Assembly (NCBI GenBank): GCA_965204745.1
Contig: OZ242010.1
Location: forward strand, 64,001-128,000
Reading direction: 5' to 3'
Length of the DNA: 64,000 nucleotides
Source: Candidatus Latescibacterota bacterium
Lineage (GTDB): Bacteria > Latescibacterota > UBA2968
The position numbers and the translations under genes are program-made. This document shows positions 49,508 to 58,905 of the stretch, one piece after another; positions within the stretch are counted from its first letter, which is position 1, and each line of letters begins with the position of its first letter. The notes under the pieces are model-generated. The model saw only the letters and a list, made by a program, of their open reading frames with translations. It was not told the DNA's origin and did no database searches.

Positions 49508-49822
49508 ATGACGTTTGAATATCCCGCACATTTTCAGCCCGATTGCACGGGCGAGCTCGTCGTTTCGTTCCGCGATCTGCCCGAATGCCTGACTTCGGGT
49601 GCAAATGAGGAAGAGGCGTTTCTCGAAGCCCAAGACGCGCTGAAAGTGGTGCTTGTTGCTCGTCTTGACAATGGCGAGAAAATCCCGTCTCCAAGCCCAC
49701 AACTTCCCGGTGAACATGCGATTCCCACATTCATTGAAAAGCGCGTTGTGGCGAATCAGATGGCGTGTTCGCGGAGTAAGATGGCGGGCGAGGTGCAAAC
49801 TGCGCGCTTGACCAATACGTAG
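49508..49822 (+). CDS. HicB-like antitoxin
   Basis: YPA....GELVVSFRDLPECLTSG...EEA...AQDAL...IPSPS. Confidence 0.8.
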   Translation: MTFEYPAHFQPDCTGELVVSFRDLPECLTSGANEEEAFLEAQDALKVVLVARLDNGEKIPSPSPQLPGEHAIPTFIEKRVVANQMACSRSKMAGEVQTARLTNT

Positions 49823-49840
49823 ATTAGGAGATGGAAGATG

Positions 49841-49860
49841 CAGTGGTCAGTGGTCAGTCC
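49841..49860 (-). repeat. Short ACTGACC array
   Basis: 2-3 units after a G-rich anchor on the minus strand. Confidence 0.6.
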
Positions 49861-49973
49861 CTACCCTTCCACCCCAAGGCAATGGATGTGCTGACCGCTT
49901 GTTTTGCCGACTGATAAAAAACATGGCGTTTGGTGCCGTGCTCGTTCAAAACATTGAAAGGAGGTGAATCGAG

Positions 49974-50189
49974 ATGACAGATGAAAAGTTCATCGACCAT
50001 GAAGCGCGGGAACGGATTTCGAGATTCGAGGGCATCATCGAGGAAATTCGGGCGCGGTTGGCGCGGATTGAGTCTGATCAGCGTGCGATGAATGACCGGC
50101 TTCACCGTCTCGATGTAAAGGTTTCATCGCTGTGGGTTGGGGTTATGATCATCATCGGCCTACTGGTCAAGATCGCATTTTTTAACTGA
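49974..50189 (+). CDS. Small coiled-coil protein with a C-terminal TM anchor, copy 1
   Basis: AAGGAGG RBS, heptad pattern, TM LWVGVMIIIGLLV. Confidence 0.75.
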   Translation: MTDEKFIDHEARERISRFEGIIEEIRARLARIESDQRAMNDRLHRLDVKVSSLWVGVMIIIGLLVKIAFFN

Positions 50190-50250
50190 AAGAGAAGACG
50201 CGGTGTTCGGTGCCGTGCTCGTTCAAAACACTGAAAGGAGGTGAATCGAG

Positions 50251-50436
50251 ATGACAGATGAAAAGTTCATCGATCATGAAGCGCGGGAACGGATTTCGAG
50301 ATTCGAGGGCATCATCGAGGAAATTCGCACGCGACTGACTTCGGTAGAAATCGAACTGCGGAGCCTGAAGCATACGATTTGGGCGGGCATGGTGTTCATC
50401 AGCGGCCCACTGGTCAAGATCGCATTTTTTAACTGA
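50251..50436 (+). CDS. Small coiled-coil protein with a C-terminal TM anchor, copy 2
   Basis: Tandem paralog at 277-bp period: same first 26 aa and last 8 aa, different middle. Confidence 0.75.
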   Translation: MTDEKFIDHEARERISRFEGIIEEIRTRLTSVEIELRSLKHTIWAGMVFISGPLVKIAFFN

Positions 50437-50458
50437 TCCCACTGGAAGGAAATAGGGC

Positions 50459-51304
50459 ATGAAAAACTGGCAACCGACGGATGAGCAAAAACGGGATTGG
50501 CGGGAAAAGGGATTTTTCGTCGAGCGCGGGGTCGTGCCGGAAGGCGTTGCGTTTGACCTGCGCGGGGTAATTAAAAACGAATTGCTCAAACCCGAGCCGA
50601 GTGGTCGTCCCGATATCGACCCGATGGACCCGATGGGCGATACCCCAGAGGCGCGGGCCATGCGATTTCGGAAATTGGGCAATTTCTGTTTGGAATCCCC
50701 CCTGATCTGGCACACCTTCCACACGGGCGAGGAAATGCTGGGCATCGCGCGATATTTTTTAGGCGAGGACGTCATCGTCAAGTTCAACAGCGTGTTTGTC
50801 AAGCCGGCAAAAACCGGTAGCGCGACGCCGTGGCATCAGGACAACGGGCTTTGGCGCGATGGGGAAACCGATCCGTTCAATGCGTGGATGGCACTGGATC
50901 CAGCGACGCGCGAAAACGGGTGTATGCAGTTCGTTCCCGGCAGCCACAAGGGCGCAATCGTCCCGCATGTGATGTACGAAGACAGCATTCACGGCGAGTT
51001 GCCTCGCGACCTCGTCAAAGCGCGGATCGCGCAATGCGGCACAGAACACATCGAACTTGACCCGGGCGACGTCGTGTGTTGGCACAGCAGTTTGTGGCAT
51101 TACAGCCCGCCGAATCCGAGTCCGAACAGCCGCATCGCCATTGCGGCCGTGTGGACAAATCCGACCATCAATGCCGGGCGCGTGCGTCCCATGCATCGCT
51201 GGGGCGTGAAAAACGGGGTGCGCTGCACGGCATTTCCCCCGGAAATCGTCGAAATCGAAAACGGTGAAATGCACCGGCCAAAACCCCATCCCAAAGCCGA
51301 CTAA
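50459..51304 (+). CDS. Phytanoyl-CoA dioxygenase family protein
   Basis: TPWHQD, NGCMQFVPGSHK, LWHYS, RIA. Confidence 0.88.
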   Translation: MKNWQPTDEQKRDWREKGFFVERGVVPEGVAFDLRGVIKNELLKPEPSGRPDIDPMDPMGDTPEARAMRFRKLGNFCLESPLIWHTFHTGEEMLGIARYFLGEDVIVKFNSVFVKPAKTGSATPWHQDNGLWRDGETDPFNAWMALDPATRENGCMQFVPGSHKGAIVPHVMYEDSIHGELPRDLVKARIAQCGTEHIELDPGDVVCWHSSLWHYSPPNPSPNSRIAIAAVWTNPTINAGRVRPMHRWGVKNGVRCTAFPPEIVEIENGEMHRPKPHPKAD

Positions 51305-51307
51305 AAA

Positions 51308-53524
51308 ATGAACCAAAAAACGACCATAGCGCGTTCGATGGGCCTGCTCGGCGCGACCGGCGTGGGCATTGGCGCGATTGTCGGCGGCGGCATTCTCGCG
51401 CTTGCGGGCGTGGCATTTGCGACCACGGGGCCGGCCGCACTCGCGGTCTTTGCGGCCAATGGGATGATCGCCGTACTGACCGCGTTGAGTTTTGCCGAAA
51501 TGTCGAGCGCGTTTCCCGAATCCGGCGGCACTTATACGTACGCGAAAAAAGTCTTGTCCGTGCGGTCGGCATTTGCATTTGGGTGGGTGGGCTGGTTCGC
51601 GTCCATTGTCGCAGGCGTGCTCTACGCCCTCGGGTTCGCGTCTTATGCCGCGATTGCACTGCGAGAATGCGCCCATCTCCTTTGGGACACAGCTCCCGAA
51701 TGGCTCGGCGGCAATGCACTGGTAACGGCCTTAGCCGTAGGCGCGACCGCGTGTTACGCGTTCGGCCTGATTCGCAAAACCGCGGGCGGGGGCAACTGGA
51801 TCAATTTTGGGAAAATGGCGGTTTTTGCCGTGCTGATCATCGGGGGCGCGTGGGCACTCGTCGGAAGCAGTTTGGGCGAGATGCACGCGGGCCTGACCCC
51901 GTTTTTTACGCATGGCGCCGCGGGATTTTTTAAGGCGATGGGCTACACGTTCATCGCCTTGCAGGGCTTTGATCTCATCGCCGCGGTCGCTGGCGAGGTT
52001 CGCGCGCCCGAGCGCACATTGCCCCGCGCGATGTTGCTGTCTCTGGCCGCTGCATTGTGCGTTTATTTGCCCCTGCTGTTCGTGATAGCGACCGCGGGCG
52101 TGCCGCCGGGCCAAACCATCGGCGGCTTGAGCGCCGAGCATCCCGAGGTCGTGGTCGCATTGGCCGCGCGCCATTTCTTGGGCGAAACCGGCTTTTGGCT
52201 CGTGCTGATCGCCGCGATCTTGTCCATGCTGTCCGCGTTGCAAGCCAATTTGCTGGCGGCTTCCCGCGTGGCCCTCGCCATGGCGCGAGACCGCACCCTG
52301 CCCGCGCCCATCGGTGAAGTGCATATCCGCTACCGCACGCCCATCACCGCAATAGGCGTCAGCGCGCTGACCATGGTCATTTTGCTGTTGGTCGTACCGG
52401 ATGTGGCCGCGGCGGGCGCGGCAGCGAGTTTGATCTTTCTCATCTCTTTCGCGCTCACGCATTGGACGAGCATTTTAGCCCGCACGCGCAGGCAAACGCC
52501 CGCGCCATTTCAAACGCCGTTTTTCCCGCTCATCCCGGTGGTCGGCGGCGCGTGTTGCGCGGGGCTGGCCCTTTTTCAAGCCGTGTCCGTGCCCACCGCG
52601 GGCCTGATCTCCACGGTGTGGTTGGGCTTGGGCGGGTTGTTGTACTGGGCATTGCTGGCGCGCCGCGCGCGGGTTGTCGACGCGTCTGCCGAGGCACTGG
52701 ATCCGCAGTTGTTGCAAATGCGCGGTCGCAGCCCGCTGGTGCTCGTGCCCGTGGCCAATCCCCAAAATGCCGCTGCGATGGTGGCGGTGGCCCACGCCTT
52801 GGCGCCGCCCGGGGTGGGCCGCGTGTTGTTGCTGTCTGTCGTCGCCGCGCCGGACGACGGATGGCAGGCAGGCGATTCCCCGCGTTCCCTGCGCGATACC
52901 CAAGCCGTGTTGCGCGAAGCCGTGACCGCGTCATTTGCAGCGGGCCTGTCCCCCGAGGCATTGATGACCATCGCGCCGCAGCCCTGGCCCGAGATCGTAC
53001 GCGTGTCCCGGTTGCACCGTTGCGAGAGTTTGTTGCTCGGCTTGAGCGATGTCAACAGCGCGTATTTGGAAGAGCTCATCAGTTCCGTGGCCTGCGACGT
53101 GGTGGTGTTGCACGCGCCCTCGGGCTGGCACGCGGCGGGCGTTCATCGCGTGCTGGTGCCCACGCGCGGCCTGGGCGCGCACGACAAATTTCGCGCGCGA
53201 TTGCTCGGCAGCCTGTGCCGCACGGGCGAGCGCGAGGTCACGTTCTTGCAGGTGTTGCCCGAGCGCGAAAGCGCGTTGCAATGCGAACGCGCCCAGCGCA
53301 GACTGGCGCAATTTGCCGATGAGGAAGTTCCCAACCGCGCATCGGCTTTGGTGGTGCGCCACGACAAACCCATCGAAGAAATCGCCCGCCGCGCCGAGCA
53401 TTTCGATTTGGTGGTTTTAGGCTTGGAGCGCATCGGCAAAAATCGCCGGCGATTCGGTCAACTGGCACCCGTGCTCGCGCAGCGAATCGATTGCGCTACG
53501 GTGATGATCAGCAGGAGAGACTAG
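51308..53524 (+). CDS. APC amino acid permease fused to universal stress protein domains
   Basis: GAIVGGGI, FPESGGTY, 12 TM segments, then VLVPVANP and VLVPTRG USP-like domains. Confidence 0.88.
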   Translation: MNQKTTIARSMGLLGATGVGIGAIVGGGILALAGVAFATTGPAALAVFAANGMIAVLTALSFAEMSSAFPESGGTYTYAKKVLSVRSAFAFGWVGWFASIVAGVLYALGFASYAAIALRECAHLLWDTAPEWLGGNALVTALAVGATACYAFGLIRKTAGGGNWINFGKMAVFAVLIIGGAWALVGSSLGEMHAGLTPFFTHGAAGFFKAMGYTFIALQGFDLIAAVAGEVRAPERTLPRAMLLSLAAALCVYLPLLFVIATAGVPPGQTIGGLSAEHPEVVVALAARHFLGETGFWLVLIAAILSMLSALQANLLAASRVALAMARDRTLPAPIGEVHIRYRTPITAIGVSALTMVILLLVVPDVAAAGAAASLIFLISFALTHWTSILARTRRQTPAPFQTPFFPLIPVVGGACCAGLALFQAVSVPTAGLISTVWLGLGGLLYWALLARRARVVDASAEALDPQLLQMRGRSPLVLVPVANPQNAAAMVAVAHALAPPGVGRVLLLSVVAAPDDGWQAGDSPRSLRDTQAVLREAVTASFAAGLSPEALMTIAPQPWPEIVRVSRLHRCESLLLGLSDVNSAYLEELISSVACDVVVLHAPSGWHAAGVHRVLVPTRGLGAHDKFRARLLGSLCRTGEREVTFLQVLPERESALQCERAQRRLAQFADEEVPNRASALVVRHDKPIEEIARRAEHFDLVVLGLERIGKNRRRFGQLAPVLAQRIDCATVMISRRD

Positions 53525-53899
53525 GTTGTGTTGACATTTGCGAGCCATGCAACGGAATGGGGGCTTATCGAGAAGATCAAGCCCTATCGCAGGATATGCT
53601 CTCGATTTGAGAAACTCGGACAATCGCTCCTTATCGGGACCTACCCCCCTAACCCCCCTTCCTGCGAGGAAGGGGGGAACGGTGAGCGGTTTTGCGAGGG
53701 TATTGATGAGGGATTTTTAGTCGCTTTATGCCCTCGATCAATGCCATCAGAGCAACCAGAGTGAGAAGCCATCAAAGGAGCTTTACTCCCCCTTTCCTCG
53801 TAGGAAAGGGGGCCGGGGGGATAGGTCCCCTCGCGCAACGCCATCAGAGCAATTTGCTAATCTGTGCGGAACGTCAAAAAATAAAATGTCAACACGACC
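53524..53899. mobile_element. IS5-family-derived MITE, copy B, carrying a nested element at 53634-53828
   Basis: Same TIRs as 41958-42454, TA at 53522-53523 and 53900-53901; the internal part matches the reverse complement of 12018-12240. Confidence 0.8.
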
Positions 53900-53914
53900 T
53901 AAAAGGAGAACGTC

Positions 53915-54757
53915 ATGGACGCGAAAAATTGGTTGCAATACTGCGCCACAGAAGCGCAACTCCGGCAGTTCAATGACGAGGGCTATTTGATCGTCGAAGA
54001 TGCGTTGTCGCCCGAGATGCTGGCGCGGTTGAACGAGGCCGTGGATCGGGTGGAGGCCAAAAAGCGCGCCGAGCAAGGGCTGAAGCCGGATGGTCTGTTG
54101 AGCGCGTTTCGCACGGTGGTGGAAGACGATGCGTTTTTGGATCTGCTGGACAATCCCAAGACGTTTCCGCTGTTGTGGGATATTCTGGGCTGGAATATCC
54201 AACTCTACATTTCCCACCTGATCGCGTATCCCCCCGAGCAACGGGTCCGCGCGATTCGCAAGGGCGGCTGGCACCAAGATGGCGGCCGGCCCGTGCCCGA
54301 GATGGAGCGACCCCACCCGCGCTTGTCCCTGAAGATCAGCTACTGGTTGAGCGATGTAGATACGGCCGAACACGGCGCGATGGAGATCGTGCCGCAAAGC
54401 CACAAGTTGGACGCAAAACCCGCGGGGTGCGATTCCGGCGACGGGGTGTTGCCCGTGTGCGTCAAGGCGGGCACCGCGGTGTTGTTCGACCGCCGGATGT
54501 GGCACAGGCGCGGGGTGAACACGTCCGATGTGACGCGCCGCGTGCTGTTTTTTGGGTACAGTTACCGCTGGTTGCGCGGCCTGGATTACAATGTGATGCC
54601 CGCAGAGTTGCTGGACAAATGCGATCCCATCCGGCGGCAGTTGCTCGGCGATGGCGTGGATATCAAAGGCTGGTGGCAACCCACAGAAGCCGACGTGCCG
54701 CTCAAGAGATGGTTGCGCGAACACCGAGGCGAAGAATACCTCGCAACACTGGGGTAG
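53915..54757 (+). CDS. Phytanoyl-CoA dioxygenase family protein
   Basis: GYLIVEDAL, WHQD, VPQSHK, FDRRMWH. Confidence 0.88.
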   Translation: MDAKNWLQYCATEAQLRQFNDEGYLIVEDALSPEMLARLNEAVDRVEAKKRAEQGLKPDGLLSAFRTVVEDDAFLDLLDNPKTFPLLWDILGWNIQLYISHLIAYPPEQRVRAIRKGGWHQDGGRPVPEMERPHPRLSLKISYWLSDVDTAEHGAMEIVPQSHKLDAKPAGCDSGDGVLPVCVKAGTAVLFDRRMWHRRGVNTSDVTRRVLFFGYSYRWLRGLDYNVMPAELLDKCDPIRRQLLGDGVDIKGWWQPTEADVPLKRWLREHRGEEYLATLG

Positions 54758-54836
54758 TTCTCGCAGGAGGAATTGATCTTCCCGCGCTGGTCGGAACGAC
54801 GAGATGGGAAGGGAATCAAATTGAGGAGCGATAGCG

Positions 54837-55916
54837 ATGTTGAAGCGTCTTGAGATACGAAATTTTCGCGTTTTCAAATCGTTGGAAATCGACCGGTTGA
54901 GTTGCCTGAACCTCATCGCCGGCAGAAACAACGCCGGTAAGACCAGTTTGCTCGAGGCCATTTTTCTGCTGTCTGGCGCGGGGAATGCACAGATGGCGAT
55001 CAATGCCGCTGTGATTCGCGGACTCGACCCCGTCATTCGAGGCGTGTCCGCGGAGGGTGAAATCGCTTGGCAACAGACGGTCGATGAGACCTCTTGGAAG
55101 CAACTGTTCTCGGGGCTGGACATGAGCAAGCCTATCGAGATTGAGGGGTGTCATACATCTCATGGTCGATTGGCCCTTGAAATCACGTCAAAGCGGTCAC
55201 ACATCACTGACCTGCCTCTTGATCGCGCGGGGGGACTTTCGATGACGAATCTCCTCGACGAACGCTCGCTTACCTTTCGATATCGAGGCCCCAAAGACGA
55301 AAAAATTAAAAACCATATCCGCGTGAAGGAACATGGGGTTGAGATCGAGCAATCTACGACACATGTCCCGTTTTCCGCGACGATTCTCTTGTCTCGAGTC
55401 AGAAATATCCAAGAAGATGCCAGGCGCCTGGGGATGTTGAGAAAACAGAAACGCGGCGATATGCTCTTGAAAGCACTTAAGGTCGTCGAGCCGAAGTTGC
55501 AAAGCATCGAGGATAATTCTGCCAGCGGTGTACCGATGATTTGGGGCGATATCGGGTTGTCCGAGTTGGTGCCCCTGCCGGTGATGGGCGAAGGTATGAC
55601 CCAAATGGCCCGGCTCATTTTAGCCATATCCTCTGTGCCGGATGGCGTGGTTTTGATAGATGAAATCGAAAATGGGCTTCACCACTCCGCATTGTCCGAT
55701 GTTTGGCGCGTCATCGATGAAGCGGCCGGGCAATTCCGCACGCAGGTCTTTGCGACCACGCATAGTTTTGAGTGTATAGAAGCGGCGCATCACGCGCTCG
55801 GTCCCGACGGCTTTCTCCTCCACCGGCTCGAAGTTAGCGACTCGGAAAATCGCTGTGTCACCCTTAAGCCGAATGGCCTCCATGCAGCGATCCGACACCA
55901 GCTTGAGATTCGTTAG
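54837..55916 (+). CDS. ABC/AAA_15-type ATPase (OLD/AriA-like)
   Basis: LEIRNFRVF, GRNNAGKT, MGEG, VLIDEIENGLH, ATTHS. Confidence 0.88.
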   Translation: MLKRLEIRNFRVFKSLEIDRLSCLNLIAGRNNAGKTSLLEAIFLLSGAGNAQMAINAAVIRGLDPVIRGVSAEGEIAWQQTVDETSWKQLFSGLDMSKPIEIEGCHTSHGRLALEITSKRSHITDLPLDRAGGLSMTNLLDERSLTFRYRGPKDEKIKNHIRVKEHGVEIEQSTTHVPFSATILLSRVRNIQEDARRLGMLRKQKRGDMLLKALKVVEPKLQSIEDNSASGVPMIWGDIGLSELVPLPVMGEGMTQMARLILAISSVPDGVVLIDEIENGLHHSALSDVWRVIDEAAGQFRTQVFATTHSFECIEAAHHALGPDGFLLHRLEVSDSENRCVTLKPNGLHAAIRHQLEIR

Positions 55917-55918
55917 AT

Positions 55919-56515
55919 ATGACGCGACTCAAATCGAAAATTCTTCTCGTTGAGGGCAATGATCCGCGCAATTTCTTTGAGGCATTCCTTCGTCACCTAT
56001 CACTTTCGAATATCCAGATTCAGAACTTTGGCGGCATTACCCAACTGCGCGATTTTCTGGAAGGGCTTGTGGGCGCGACCGGATTTCGTGTCGTTGAGAG
56101 TATCGGCATTGTTCGGGATGCGGAAACATCCGCGGCAGGGGCGTTTCAAAGCGTTCAGTCTTCCCTAAAAAATGCCGCACTGCCCGTGCCGAACAGGCCC
56201 GAAAGACGCACGGATGCCAGCCCAGCGGTGACCGTGCTGATGCTGCCGGGCAATAACCAACAGGGCATGCTCGAGACGTTGCTGTGCGAGAGCTTTGCAG
56301 GTACGCCCGAGAACGATTGTATCGATGCCTTCTTTGCGTGCGTGGACGCTTTGCCGAATGCGTCCATCAAAAGGCCGGAAAAGGCTCGCGCCCATGCCTA
56401 CTTGACGACCAAGTCCGATCCGCATCTTTCCGTAGGCGTCGCGGCAAAGCGGAATTACTGGGATTTGGATCACCCTATTTTTGACCGCGTTCGAGATTTT
56501 CTAAAAACGCTTTGA
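55919..56515 (+). CDS. DUF3226-like TOPRIM-fold protein
   Basis: LLVEGND, IGIVRDAE, GMLETLL, KARAHAYL, WDLDHP. Confidence 0.7.
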   Translation: MTRLKSKILLVEGNDPRNFFEAFLRHLSLSNIQIQNFGGITQLRDFLEGLVGATGFRVVESIGIVRDAETSAAGAFQSVQSSLKNAALPVPNRPERRTDASPAVTVLMLPGNNQQGMLETLLCESFAGTPENDCIDAFFACVDALPNASIKRPEKARAHAYLTTKSDPHLSVGVAAKRNYWDLDHPIFDRVRDFLKTL

Positions 56516-56575
56516 AGCATCTCTTTTTTTTCCCTGTGCTGAAAGTCAGCAATTTAACCACGAGGAGGTTTTCCG

Positions 56576-57679
56576 ATGGCTGATTTGATCGTCAGATCCC
56601 AAGCGATAACCGCGCTGCGTTCGCATCCCAATGCCGATAGGTTGGAAATTGCAGAGGTGGGCGGCTGGCAGTGCGTGGTGGTCAAAGACACGTATCGGGA
56701 AGGCGATGTGGTCGTCCATGTGCCTCCCGAGACCCTCGTGCCCAAGGCGTTGGCCGTGCGATTGGGCATCGATGGCTATTTGTCCTTTTCCCACGGCAAG
56801 CCCGATTTTGGTCGCGTGCGTGCGGCGAGGTTGCGCGGCGAAGTCTCGCATGGCTTTGTCTTTGCGGATGATCGATTCACAGTCGCGGACCAAGACGCAG
56901 TCGCCGCGTTTGGATTCCAAAAGTACGAACCGCCGCCCAATTTGTTCGCCGGCAACCGCATGCCCGAATACCCGGGCTTTGACAAATACACGAGCATTGA
57001 AAACATCAAAAATTTTCTCGATGTTTTTCAAGAGGGCGAGGAAGTGGTTTTCACGGAGAAAATCCACGGCACAAACAGCCGCGTCGGGCATATTATGGTG
57101 CGTGACCGGGAACGCGGCGAGTGCGTTCCACACATTGCCGTCGGCACGCACAGAACGCAAATCAGAACCTCGGGCAAAGACGCGGAAGGCACCCTGTATG
57201 CCTATCCACTGACCCTTGAGGGCGTGCGCCGCGCCCTGTGGTTGCCCCCTGCGGAAAAGGGGCATGAGGTGCTGGTCGGCACGAGCCCAAACACGAACCG
57301 CATTTTGTACGGCGAAATTTTTGGCCCGCGCATCAATGACTACCACTACGGTCAAACCTCGCCCGCTTATCGCGCATTCGACCTCAAAGAGGATCAAGCG
57401 TTTTTGGACTACGACGAGTTCGTCGCCCGGTGTGTGACCTTTAACATTGCCGTCGCCCCCGCCTTGTATCGCGGCCCGTTTTCTCTGGACGCAGTGGATG
57501 CGTTCACCAACCACTGGCAAGCCGGCAAATCCCAAGTGGGCACAAACCCCGACCAGTTGCGCGAAGGCATCGTCATTCGCCCGGTCAAAGAAAGAACGCA
57601 TCCCGAAATCGGGCGCGTCATCCTCAAATCCATCGCAGACAGCTACTTGACGCGGGGAAAGGGAACGGAAAATCAGTGA
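56576..57679 (+). CDS. ATP-dependent RNA ligase, DRB0094/Rnl5-like
   Basis: N-terminal HPNADRLE; ligase motifs TEKIHGTN, GEIFG, AFDL, EGIVIR, ILK. Confidence 0.88.
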   Translation: MADLIVRSQAITALRSHPNADRLEIAEVGGWQCVVVKDTYREGDVVVHVPPETLVPKALAVRLGIDGYLSFSHGKPDFGRVRAARLRGEVSHGFVFADDRFTVADQDAVAAFGFQKYEPPPNLFAGNRMPEYPGFDKYTSIENIKNFLDVFQEGEEVVFTEKIHGTNSRVGHIMVRDRERGECVPHIAVGTHRTQIRTSGKDAEGTLYAYPLTLEGVRRALWLPPAEKGHEVLVGTSPNTNRILYGEIFGPRINDYHYGQTSPAYRAFDLKEDQAFLDYDEFVARCVTFNIAVAPALYRGPFSLDAVDAFTNHWQAGKSQVGTNPDQLREGIVIRPVKERTHPEIGRVILKSIADSYLTRGKGTENQ

Positions 57680-57810
57680 GACACATCAGGCCGAACCCGC
57701 GCTGAAGCAAGCGAGGGCTTACCGGCTGTTTAACCAAGTTGTTTAAGTTGTCCGCATACCGCATCACATTAGGACAATTCAATTTGGATTAGATAAAGGA
57801 TTCCGCACAC

Positions 57811-58905
57811 ATGCTAAAGCGTGTTCACATTGACAACTACAAGTGCCTCACCAACTTTGACCTCTGTTTTGGGGATCTGACGTTGTTGCTCGGGGCAAAC
57901 GGATGCGGCAAGTCGGCCGTGTTTGAAGTCTTGGGCAAACTGCGCGATTTTATTCGGGGCGATGCACGGGTCGGTGAATTGTTTTCCCCTGCTGATTTCA
58001 CGCACTGGAGCAAAAAGCTCGAGCAACGGTTTGAATTGGAGATCGACATCTCGGGGGGGCGATGTCTTTATCGGCTCGTGGTTGAGCACGTCCCGGACAA
58101 GCGACTTATGCGGGTAATGCGCGAAGATTTGCTGTTCAATGGCAAGCCGCTCTTTGCTTTTGAAAACGGCGAGGTGCAACTCTACCGCGATGATCACAGC
58201 GAAGGGCCAAAATATTCTTTTGATTGGACACAATCGGCACTCGCGCCAGTGGTCGACCGTCCCGACAATACCCGGCTGAGTGCATTTAGAAATCGAGTCC
58301 GCCGTTTTGTAACGCTTTTTTTGCAGACGAAACGCATGAGAAGCGGTTCGGATTCCGACACTGATAAACTCAGCGATGGCGGTGAGAATTTTGCGTCGTG
58401 GTATCAGGGACGCTTACAGGAAAATCCACGCCGGGTCTTTGAGGCGATGGACCATCTACGCGATGTTTTGCCCGGCTTCACGGACTTGAGACTCGTAAAA
58501 AAAAGCAGTGATTACAGGGAACTACAGGCCGAGTTTTCCCCAAGGCGTGGGGAATCGGGCACTGTTTATCGGTTTGACCAACTTTCAGATGGTCAGCGCG
58601 CTTTGATCGTGCTTTACTTATTGCTCTTTGCCGATGATGCTGGACGCACTTTGTTTTTGGATGAACCGGATAACTATGTCACTCTTCCAGAGTTGCAACC
58701 CTGGTTCGCCGAGCTAGAGGATGGCTGTGGCGACACGCTACCACAGACCGTGTTGATTTCGCACCATCCAGAAGCGATTGATTTTTTGGAGGACAAGTCG
58801 GTTTGGTTGGAACGCGATCCAGAGCGTCATACGCGCATCATGGCGGTAAAAAACAATACGAGATTAAAAATTTCCGAACTCTATGCCCAAGGACTCGCGC
58901 CATGA
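57811..58905 (+). CDS. ABC/AAA_21-type ATPase
   Basis: IDNYKCL, GANGCGKS, LSDGQ, LFLDEPDN, ISHH. Confidence 0.88.
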   Translation: MLKRVHIDNYKCLTNFDLCFGDLTLLLGANGCGKSAVFEVLGKLRDFIRGDARVGELFSPADFTHWSKKLEQRFELEIDISGGRCLYRLVVEHVPDKRLMRVMREDLLFNGKPLFAFENGEVQLYRDDHSEGPKYSFDWTQSALAPVVDRPDNTRLSAFRNRVRRFVTLFLQTKRMRSGSDSDTDKLSDGGENFASWYQGRLQENPRRVFEAMDHLRDVLPGFTDLRLVKKSSDYRELQAEFSPRRGESGTVYRFDQLSDGQRALIVLYLLLFADDAGRTLFLDEPDNYVTLPELQPWFAELEDGCGDTLPQTVLISHHPEAIDFLEDKSVWLERDPERHTRIMAVKNNTRLKISELYAQGLAP

